Assembly: GCA_028023455.1 (NCBI GenBank)
Contig: JAQFVV010000001.1
Span: 22,630,001 to 22,694,000, forward strand
Origin: Epiperipatus broadwayi
Taxonomy: Eukaryota; Animalia; Onychophora
DNA: 64,000 bases
Reading direction: 5' to 3'
Below, piece after piece: positions 40,131 to 50,975 of the stretch (within the stretch, counting starts at the first letter, position 1; each line of letters opens with the position of its first letter). A program made the position numbers and the translations under genes. Under the pieces are notes generated by a model. The model searched no databases, was not told the DNA's origin, and saw only the letters and a list, made by a program, of their open reading frames with translations.

Positions 40131-41039
40131 CAACTTTGAATCATCTATTTAACTAAAAAATAATACTCAGATGATGAAATTTATATAGATATAAAAAAGA
40201 ACATATTTTAAAGATTATGTTAAATTAGTAGCAAAAAAAAAAAAACCCAAATAAAACATTAAAAAAAAAAAAAAGATTTGAGAACATTTTTAATGGGAAA
40301 AATACTTCAATCTCCCATCTTTTTATTTAAATGCTTGACAGTTCAAAAAATGTTGTAATTGCAGAAATTATTTTGTTTTCTTATTCTTTAGTAAAACTCT
40401 TCTATTCATTTCTTTTTAGTAACAGCACCATTTTTTTCTTTCTATTGTTACAACAAATTTCTTTATAATTTTAAAATACTATTTTATATAGTTGAAATTT
40501 TTATTCCAATCCAAATCTTTCATTGCCAATTCATATTTTCTTATATTATTATTAACTTCTTATTGCACAATCTTATGAATCCCAGATATTCAAATTTTTT
40601 TTAATAGATTATTTTTGAATATTTTTATATTTTTGATTTTTTTTTTTGTACATTATTCTTATCTCAGTTGAAATGTATATGGCCAAAGAATTTTATTAAC
40701 ATTGTCATAAGTGTAATAATAATCAAAGCAGTTTTTCTAAACTAAAAAAAAAAAAAAATTAGAAAAAAGCATATCTAAAGCAATAAATTATAAAGAAGCT
40801 ATTTGTTATCATTAAAGTACAAAGAATGATTTCATGTTATGATTTTTTTATTCTGTTTTCTCTTATTATAATTTATTTTCTTAATTTTTCAGCATTTTTT
40901 AAAGTCTTATTTTTTTTATTTGTGTGTATTTCTATTATTTAATGCATTTACCCTCTATTATTATTCATTGTTCTCTTCAGTAGACCATTTTAAATAAATA
41001 GAAAAGCAATCTTTTATAATAACTAATACATTGTCAGGC

Positions 41040-41830
41040 AAATACCCTTTCAGAAACTCATTGTAGAGCAAGAGTGAAGATAAAGACAGCATTCACAAAG
41101 CTTGCCATTTGTAGCATAGTGAGGATGTTTGTAAATTTTTATTCTTGTTTTAATCTCTAATCAAGGATAACTAGATATCTATTTACTAACCAGTGTTGGA
41201 AAGTTAGTTAAATTGACAATGGACCATTTATCCAAGAAAAAATTTCTAAGCTTCTTGAAAATAATTTTATATGACCTGGATTTGAACAAGTCATAGACAT
41301 ATTAGATAAATGTGTAATATCTGCATCATAAGACTCTTCTAGATAATTTTAAAATAGACAATTTTTATAGCTGGAACAAAATTGCTTGGCTCAGCCATAA
41401 TTTAAACTTTTTTAAGACTTTTCCACCAATTAATACAGACTGATTTCTTTAATTTTTTAAATATAAAGCTATACTCTACTATTGTAACTGAACATTTCAT
41501 AAGTTTTTCATAAATTCTTGATCAAGGCTTATAACCATTTGTGTGTGGGTTTCTATGCAAACAGTGAATCTATTTAATTAAACTTAGAAAAATTCTGAGC
41601 TAATGTTCTTCACTTGTTTGATGAGCTCTTAGTCAATATTAGAATTTTGGTCATATCCATTTTACATTGATCCATAATGTAAATAATTCCAGATTTATTC
41701 TGTTCTATGTTATATCTCTAAAAAAGCACTCAACTAGCTCAACTCCATAACACTAAATTTGTGAAAATCTCTTTTGTTTTGTTGCATTCCTTGTGATAAA
41801 TAGATGAATACTTCAAAATTTTAGCACTCT
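41040..41830 (-). mobile_element. Possible hAT transposase C-terminal remnant
   Basis: The minus strand near 41040-41130 reads ...VSERVFA, resembling the hAT dimerisation-domain ERxFS motif. The rest is heavily decayed. Confidence 0.35.
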
Positions 41831-43780
41831 CCAGTTGTTAAGAATTTCAAATAATAGGAATTGACAATTATTGGCTATAGAGAACAATCTTCATGCTTAT
41901 ATTTTAGTTAATCCAAAATAATAATTATACTATCTATTTACAAAACAAAATATATTATAATCTATAAACTTTAATTTCTTTATGTTTGGGATAGGACATG
42001 TTTTAATAACTATTATTTACTTTGTAAAAAATAAATTATAAAATAGTTAAAAGAAATAAATATCAAAACTGTTAATTTACAAAAATTTTTTTAATTTTAT
42101 TTATTTTTGGGATTTATATCATTATCACAAACTACTAAATCACATATTCAATTATAACATAACTTTCATAATGTTTCAAAACTAATGACGTTTTATCACC
42201 ATTGGAACATTATTATTATTTAAATATCAAACTATGTAAAAGTAAATTTCGGATATTAAAAATAAATAAATAAATCACAAGACACATTTGATATCTTAAA
42301 CTTTATTATAAGATTTGATATAATTTTTTATCAAGATTAAAAAAAAAATAATAAAATTTAATAAATATTTGATGTTTTTATTTTATCAGTAATACAGTGT
42401 TATCTGTTTAAAATGATGTAAGTTATGTAATGATAATAAAAATGAAATTATAAATTTATTCAATTTACGTTTTATATCAAAAATGTTATTAAAAAAATGC
42501 AATAAATATAATTTGTGCGGATTTTTTTTTTCTTTTGACGACTATCTGTGTTCATTTATTAATATAAAAGTAAACTTTAGTGGGGAAGAGCCTAGAAGGA
42601 TATGATGCTTTTCTTATCAGTGGTAAATCCCACATTATAATATGGCCATTATATTGTCATTTATTTGACTAATTAATTTAACTCAGTCTTTTATTTTTAA
42701 GCTAAGAATGGTATAACCACATATCAATAATTGGGTGTTAAGCTGAATTGGTCTAGAAAAAAAATCCAGGCTTGCCAAGAAATTTTCATCTATCTGTCAT
42801 CTATCTGAAAAATTTTAAAGTTACATCTAATTCGAGATTCTAAATTTTAAGTATGATACATAAATTTAATAATGCTTCAAATTTAATAGAGCACACATAT
42901 ACGCCCAAAAAATATTTAAAATATTTTTTTAAATAATAAATCATAAAATTAATTTCTGTCATTAACAAAAAATCACATCCATATTTAATAATTGTTGAAC
43001 TTTATTACGAGATTTGAAACAAGTTTATCATTAAACGTTTGTGCAAACATTTATTAAACAACGAAGTCTGTCAATAAAAAATAACTAATCTTAAATATCA
43101 AGATAAAACAACTTGGAAATTATCGATTGTACACTGTATTTAGCTGGTGAAAAAATTGATTACCGACATATGAAAATGTAATTTAAAAATCATTCATTAG
43201 ATATCATTAATGATACTTAAATTATTTTGTATTAAATAAAATAGAAGAATCAACTGATTTAAAAAGCAAATTAAAAAAAAAAAAAAATTAATGAAGTCTA
43301 AAATTTTTATATATTTTTTTTAAAAATCAATCCAGTCCTATAATTTATAATATTATATATTTAAATATTTTCTCCAAATATATATCTTTTTTAATAAAAA
43401 AAATTTTTTTTCATAGAAGATCTTAAGTTAATATTATCTGAAAAGATAAAAATAATAATAATTACAAATTTGCATTGTCATCTTGAATCAACATTTTAAA
43501 TTACTTATAATTATGGTGGCTTCAATAAAATTTAGAATAAAATACGTTACTGTTGTATCAAACAGCGACAAACTACTTCTGGGATGATCAAGTACTGTTA
43601 CTTGTTATAATACCTTATTGTCTAGTTATAGCCAGTCTGATTTCAGCAGAGAATTTAATTTATGCATAGCTAAGAAAAAGCTGGATAGAAAATAACTCAA
43701 TACAGTATTGAGCAATATTTTTTAACTTTCTTTATATATATACCCACATAAAATCACACACAAATATACAATTGTTATTT

Positions 43781-46700
43781 ATATATTGGACTATTTTCAT
43801 CATCTAATATTAAATATTGAATGTCTTTAGAAAAATTTAACTTTATTTAAATATTCCAATTACATTTAACAATTAATAATAGTACACAATAATATGTGCA
43901 ACTTTTCAAGAGGTATTATTCTCCTCTCTTCTTCCGGTGTTTCTGGCCTGACCAGTGAAAGGACTAGCTTGGAAATCGAACCTAGACTGTAGATTCTTGA
44001 AATATTGAATTTTAAGATGATATAACGAACTGAGCCATCCTAGGCCAAAGAGGCAACAGTACTTAATTTTAGAAATGAAAATAGTCCAACATATAAATAC
44101 AATGGCTGCAGAAAGAGGTTTGCTGTTAACTGAAAGAGACCATTTGATTCCTCTTGGAGACCTTAAAGGTATTGAGCAAGGCAAATTCCTAATGTCCACT
44201 CCATGTGTTCTTATCATTGCAGCTGTTGTTAGATGATTATATAGTATATGAACATGTATGGTCTGCTTACCACACATATTAGCCAGCATGATAAGTTTAT
44301 TGGTTTTTTACCTGAGTTTAAAATCAAGAAACAGTATGGTCTTTCTTCTCGATTGCTTGATAAGGCAGAATGAGAATTTAAAATTTTTTTCTAATAGATA
44401 TATACAATCATGACAGAAAAAAAAAATCATGGCTCTTATTCCCAGGAGGTTGTAAAATCACCAGCCAAGGCAGTGGTTGATGACCAAAGTTGGAGGTGCT
44501 AGAATCCCCTGATTGCTGATCCAGGCTGCCATTTAATGATGACTTTTTATTTAGGTACTTACAAGTGCAGCTTACTTTCAAATGAAGGAAGATTGCCAGA
44601 ATTGGAAGAAAAAAATTACCTCATATTAATGGGATATTATTGGACTTTGTGAAATTAGAAGAAAAGGTGAAGAGACAATTGATTTAAAAATTGGACATAT
44701 ATTCTACTATAAAGGCCCAAATATTGGAAGTACAAGTGGAAAGTGGAAGAATAACATTGTGGAAATTGATAGTGTATCAGACAGAGTGGCAAGATTAGTT
44801 ATTCAACTTAATAGCAGGTACTAAGTGCAGATAATCCAGGTTTATGCCCCAACAAGTTCTCATAATCATGAAATACTAGAAGATTTTTATGTGGATATAC
44901 AAAAAGCTTTTGATCAGATTAAACAATATTTTAAAATTGTTATGGGAGACTTTAATGCTAGGATTTGTGAACAAATGAAAGATGAAAGTGCTGTAGGTAA
45001 ATTTGGTTATGGTAATAAAATGAGAGAGAACACAGACTTGTGAAGTTTGCAGCAAAATAAAAACTTAATGTTATGAATTCTTTTTTTGAGAAAAATGTTA
45101 AAAGGAAATGGACATGGAAGCATCCAATGAAGGTACAACAGAATTGGATTATATTTTGACTAACAGAAAATACATATTTAAGATTATAATGTCCGTAATA
45201 AATTCAACACAGGAAGTGTTTATTGATTAGTAAGATAGTGTTAATACAAAACTAAAGAGACAAAAATTATTAAGAAAAACAATATTTTTAATTATTAAAA
45301 AAAAAACAATATTTACAGTTGATATTCCTAATCTTGAGAAATATTCTAATGAATTTAAATTAGAACTTGCAAATCATTTCCGAATATTAGTAGAATTTGA
45401 ACATGATTTGGATTTGAATGAAATTAATAAGAAAATAACTGATACACTTTTAAAAACTTCTAGAACGATAGCTGCTAGAAAAAAGCAGCAATTGATGAAG
45501 AAAATTTCTACTGAGACTAGAGAATTTATGAAGAAAAGAAGGAATATGAAGACATATAAAAATGATGCATTAAGAAGGATTAAATATCTCAAATTTTGTA
45601 AAATGGTGCAAAAAAGAATTGATAATAGTATATGAAAGTGTAATTATGAACTAATAAGGAAAACTGTAGAAGAGAATACAAGTCTCAAGAGTGTAAAACA
45701 ACATTTTAATATTAGTAGAAAACATCTGCAATAAGAAAAAAAGTTGAAACTATTATTAAAAAGAAAGATGACATCATGAAATGAATAGAAGAGTTTTATC
45801 AAGAATTATTTAGTAATAAATTCTTTGCCCAGGATTTTAAATGAAGAAGTGAGACGTGCAATTAAATTTATGAAGAAAGGAAATGCTCCAGATAATGATG
45901 AAATTATAATCGATATATTAAAAGAAGCAGGTAAAGAAATAGAAATTTTTTTGGCAAAGTTATATACAAATTGTGTAAATGATAAAGACATACCAGAAGT
46001 TTGGAATAATGCAGTAGGTGATAAAGAAGATATCAGAAATTACAGACCTATCAGCCTTTTATCAGTTTTATACAAAATTTTTACCAAGATAATTACAACT
46101 CATGTGCAGAGAACATTGTATTTTAACCAACCAAAAGAACAAGCTGGATTTAAAAGTGGTTTTAGTACAGTAGATCATGTCCAAGTATTGAGAGAAGTTA
46201 TAGAAAGAACCACTGGATATGAGTTACCATTATGTTTTGAATTGGTATTATGAAAAGACATTTGATTCTATAAACATTTATTCAGTGATTAAAGTTTTGG
46301 ATCATCAAGGTTTAGACTCGGGATATTGTCACATTCTGAAGAATATTTATAAAAATATAATAGCAACAATTACATTACATAATGATACTAGAAAGGTTAA
46401 CCCTGAGAAGGGTGTAAGACAGAGTGACTCTATATCTCCAAAACTTTTTACAGCAGTGCTGCAAAAAGTATTTTATGGATTACAATGGGAAGCTAAAAAA
46501 GTAAAAGTAAATGGAGATTACATAAGTTATTTAGTTTTGTAGATGATGTAATTGTTTTTTTAAATAATGCTTCAGAGCTTCAGGAAATGTTGCAAGTTAT
46601 CAGATGAAAGTAAGAAAGTAGGACTAAAGGTGAATGTAAAAAAAACTAAAGTAGTGTTCAATAGATTTTCTTAAAAGTTGAAAATAAAGATTGATTATGA

Positions 46701-47310
46701 TGAGTTAGAAGAAGTTAACAAATACCTTGCTCATATTATTACTACAGATGGAAAAAATAATGGATGAAATCAATCATAGAATTAAACTTGAATAGTGCTT
46801 TTGATAGAAATAAGTTAATATTGAATAATAATATTAATTTAATATTAAATGGTATCATATTAAAAGGAAATATGATCATGTGTTTGAAAAAGAAGGTTTT
46901 TAATAAATGTGTTTTTATCAGTTCCTCATGTATGGATCTGAGACTTGGATACTTAATAGAAGAGCAATACAGAGTCCTCAGATCACTCAAAAAAGTATAG
47001 AGAGAAGCATGTTAAGAGTAACAAGAAGAGATCGAAAATGCAATACATGATTAAGAGAAATATATGTTACTATCATTATTGAAACAATTAAAAGCTGGAT
47101 ATATTGCTAGAAGTAATGATAATAGATAGATAACTGAAATCTTAAATGGGACTCCAAGAGATTATAAAAGACTCAGAAAAAGACCACATTAAGATGGATG
47201 GATGAAATAAGACAATGTGCAGGAGTGATGTGGAGAAGAAAAGCTAGAGATTGGAGTAGATTCAATTTGGAGAGACCTTCATACTGCAATGGATTGATAA
47301 TGATGATGAT
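43781..47310 (+). mobile_element. RTE-clade LINE copy 2 with a long 5' leader (43781-~44400), degenerate
   Basis: EN motifs GTY...WDIIGLCEIR, QVYAPTS, VMGDFNARI; RT motifs NYRPISLLSVLYKIFTKII, QPKEQAGFKSGFST, GVRQSDSISPKLF; (GAT)n tail at about 47295-47310. The leader is homologous to 32457-32984 and 33600-34104. Confidence 0.9.
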
Positions 47311-47850
47311 AAATACAACTAAAATACCATCACCACAAACCTTAAAAGAACACAAATATATAATGTTTGACAATTTTACAAAATTAAAATTACTCTCTTT
47401 TATTCACAGGTATTTTCGCTATTGATCATCCTTTTATAAGTCTGATTTTACAAATTATATATATAATCTTAAATGATGATATAATTTTGAAGCTTTTAGC
47501 CAATCAAACTGCATATTAAATCTAACATTCGAAATATCATCTTACAAAAAACAACCCATCATTTTGCAGGACATATTTGTTTCAAAAAATTAAACATCTT
47601 CGATCAGTTATCTAGAAATGTTAATGTTATTTGGCTTAGTAATGTCTTATTATAATTTCTAGTTTAGATATGCATTTAAAAATTATAGTTTAGTAGTTAT
47701 AATTTTTCTAAAGGGTTAGCAGCAATAAATTTATTCAATTCTGACTTTGTTGAATTGTTGAACAATTTATTTTCACTAAAGCATGATTTTTTTATGCTTT
47801 ATCATCTAATATATCTTTACTTAGGTATTTATAAGTTATTAATGTGAAAG

Positions 47851-48830
47851 CAGGGGGAACGGATCTTTATAACAGGGTGCGGGTGTAAATATTTTTAGGA
47901 GCCCAAATAAAATTTCCAAAAAAAGATTTAGATTTAATTGATAGTATCAGATAACAATGTATAATTTTTATGCATAAAACTATGCAGACATATCAGAAAA
48001 TACTTTTATTATAAATAATTTAATATTAAATGTAATACATTAAGACACAAAAAATATTTGATAAAAGAAATCACATTTAAAAAATATAACTTTTTATTGC
48101 TATTTCACTATTCTAGCTAGTGTATTTGACCGATCTTCACACTTCTTAAAGCGAACATAATTTTAAATAACCTTTAATTTACTATAAAAATGTTCAGATC
48201 GAAACCTTCGTGGTCAACGAGGAACATTTTTTTTACATTTAATGAACTCGGAAAAAGTTCATTATAATTAGAATCTATTATTGTAATACATCCACGATAT
48301 AGTTTGAACTTCTTATTCAAGAAAATCTACATAGTTTTCATAAGATAAGAAATTTCGCAATATAATTTCTTTTTTAATATTTTTATATACGTAACTAATT
48401 AAAAATAATATTGGGTATGTTTTCGAATCTTTCTTCTACTTGTATATTAATTGCATTAATTAAAATAGTAATAATAATATACTTTGATTCTTCATTTTTG
48501 ATGGCTTTCTTTTTTATTTTAACGAATTCGTCTTTGAGAAAAACTAACTAAAATATTCGTGCTACTTAGAGCTAAGTTGATGAATTTTATCTCCTAAGAC
48601 AAACCTTAAAAAATGCACATTGTAAAATTATTTAAATGGGTTTCACAGTTAAAAAATAACATATAGTCTAATAAGGCTATGATCTGTTCAAATCCAGAAC
48701 AAATAAAACTCTTTTTAAAATGCTTAACTTTTCTCTCATGTAGTTGACTATTACCAATCTAGCCAACTATCTAATATAAATCTGTAAATGAGTATTTTAG
48801 TATCCTTAGCTAGATGGTAAAACAAGAATG
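47851..48830 (-). mobile_element. hAT (Tip100-like) remnant with one terminus
   Basis: The minus strand reads SKLKVI*NYVRFKKCEDRSNTLA (~SKLKLIKNYLRSTMGEDRLNALA). The terminal sequence ...gggctcc...gcaccc...gatccgttccccctg ends at 47851. Confidence 0.6.
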
Positions 48831-48963
48831 GAAAACCAATCAAATCATTACCGGCCAATTGGCAAGTTTCGTGACTACTGCCTTCTCTTTCATTGTTCCT
48901 TTAAAAAGGGTTGCTGGAAATGAATTGGACCTGTGGTGGACTAATTATTACAAAAGTTGTTAA

Positions 48964-49032
48964 GCGTTGGTGGTCGAGTAGTCAGCTGTGTGCTTACAAG
49001 CAATTGTCCCAGGTTCGCTTCCCTCCGATGCT
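48964..49032 (+). pseudogene. tRNA-Gly(TCC)-derived pseudogene or SINE head
   Basis: The acceptor stem GCGTTGG/CCGATGC pairs fully (with G-U), with A-box TGGTCGAGTAGT and B-box GGTTCGCTTCC. The sequence is colinear with eukaryotic tRNA-Gly-TCC, but the anticodon loop is shortened/mutated (TGC-TTACAA-GCA) and the T-stem is damaged. Confidence 0.7.
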
Positions 49033-50600
49033 TTGACACATGAAGAAAAAAAAAGTCTATTTTTTCTATTTATTTAAAATGATTACTGAAGAAAGCTATG
49101 TGTAATAATAAAAAAATATGTATTAAATAAAAAAAAAAATATAAACACATGCAATTGTAAAACTAAAAAAAAAATGCTGAAAACATGGAACAAAATATAA
49201 TAAAAAAAACTTCTAGATTAAAAAAAAATCATAACATATTAAATCATTCTCTACTCTTTTATAACTTTTAATGTAGCCTACTGTATGGAAATTATTGCTA
49301 GAGTACTTGATTGTTCTTGGAGATTGCCTAAATATTTCTTTTAAATTTTCAGTTTTGAAAATCACAGCAATAAGTTTAGTGGCTTGTTTATAACAGAAGA
49401 ATAAGTCACTAAGAGAATTCCTTTTCATTTATTTCTCTTTTGAATATAAAAAGAAAATAAAATAGTATTATTTCTTTGTATTGCATTATATTAATAGAAA
49501 AATTTAAAAATAAATGAAATATTTATTGTAAAGGATTGAACAATTTTTGATTAAGAAAAAGGTAAATACGTGCATAGCACATAGGGATTATTTCCATTAA
49601 AATGTTTCAAAACTTTTTTAAAAAATATTTTATGTAAGCATTTTTCTGTTATTAATGTTTAAAAAAATATTTATTAAAATATTATTGTCTTTTCCACCTA
49701 TTCTAAACTTCACTGCCAGAGACAGCCATTTCACTGCCTCATGATCCCAACTAGGCAATGGTTTTTTCAAAAATCATTTTTAAACTATTTTTTTCCCTTT
49801 GTTTTGAGGAAGTTCCCAGCAAATTTTGTAGGGATGGTTTCAAAATCCTTGTTATATTACTGCATTCAGGACCTTATTAACAACATAGGACAACACTTCC
49901 TTGTGGATGGCACTGACTAGAGAATTGGCTATCATTTATAGGCAGTTAATTAAAGTTGTTTAAAATTTTGAAACATATATTTCCTGCAGAGAGATTGGTT
50001 GTTTTTAAAAAATGTTATACAGTAATTCAAAGACTTAAAAATAATTTATCAATGTGTTCATATTATACTAATGGTTAAAAATAAAACAGTAATAATATAA
50101 AACTTTTACAGAAGTATTTTTGATTATTTAAATTGTAGTCATTATTAAATTAACTTATAATTTATTATTTACAATTTAGACAATAATAATAAAAAAAAAA
50201 AACTTACGTTGACAAAAATATAAAATTGAATATATTATTTTGTTCAACAAATAGACAAATGTCAGTATAGATTTAAAATTTAGTATTTCTCTTTAACAAC
50301 TATTTTATACAGATCAACAATTTTTCTTTTTATAAACTGATTAAATATTTAACTGGTGCTAAACAAAATTTAAAATTGAATAATGAAAAAAAAAGATAAA
50401 ATTCTATAATCATATCAAAATAAGCATTATTATAAAGTAATTAAAACAAAGTAGTGTCAATTTATTTTGAAGTAAAAGATCAACCAATGATAAACAAAGC
50501 AAAACTCCATATAGTAGTGCCACCTGTGCTAAACAGAGTAATCAATGGATGCCAGAAGGCTTGCACATGAAATCCCTATCTAATGCCTACTCATCCAATA

Positions 50601-50644
50601 TCCCCAGACTAGTTTCTGGCTTGTGGCCTTCGTCAGTGAGGAGC
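50601..50644 (-). ncRNA. Minimal type I hammerhead ribozyme (family a), near intact
   Basis: The minus strand reads UCCUCA-CUGACGA-AGGC(CACAA)GCCA-GAAA-CUAG-UC-UGGGGA: 6-bp stem I, intact core, palindromic ACUAGU helix III and GUC triplet. Only the 10.1-11.1 pair is A-A. Confidence 0.8.
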
Positions 50645-50910
50645 TTTGGATCTGAGAGCACTGCATCTAGATCTTAGGATCTAATGCAACCCTCTAGCAA
50701 CCACCTTTTATCTCTACTTAACTACAAAACCATGAGCATGAAAGTGAAAACACAAAAAAATATTTTCAATCTAAGCTCAATAGCTTATATAGTCATATGT
50801 ATTGGAGATGTGATCATGTGATTCTTGCTGGTTTATCAACCAATGATGTGTGTAAAATATTTTTCCAACCTCCTAATCTTTTTTACGAGCACTGATTATA
50901 TATATGGGTG

Positions 50911-50975
50911 GGAAATGATGATCCGAACTGATGAGTGCTGATTCCGCGCAAAATACTATATTGAAGATCATTTAT
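50911..50975 (+). ncRNA. Type I hammerhead motif, family b copy B (probably inactive)
   Basis: CTGATGA at 50928-50934; stem II GTGC/GCGC; GAAA mutated to AAAA; ATA-C-TAT-A; outer stem I AAATGAT/ATCATTT. Confidence 0.65.

Noticed and set aside
49640-49960. Possible LINE RT remnant (HPQGSVV) on the minus strand
   Set aside because: A single short motif with no supporting neighbours.
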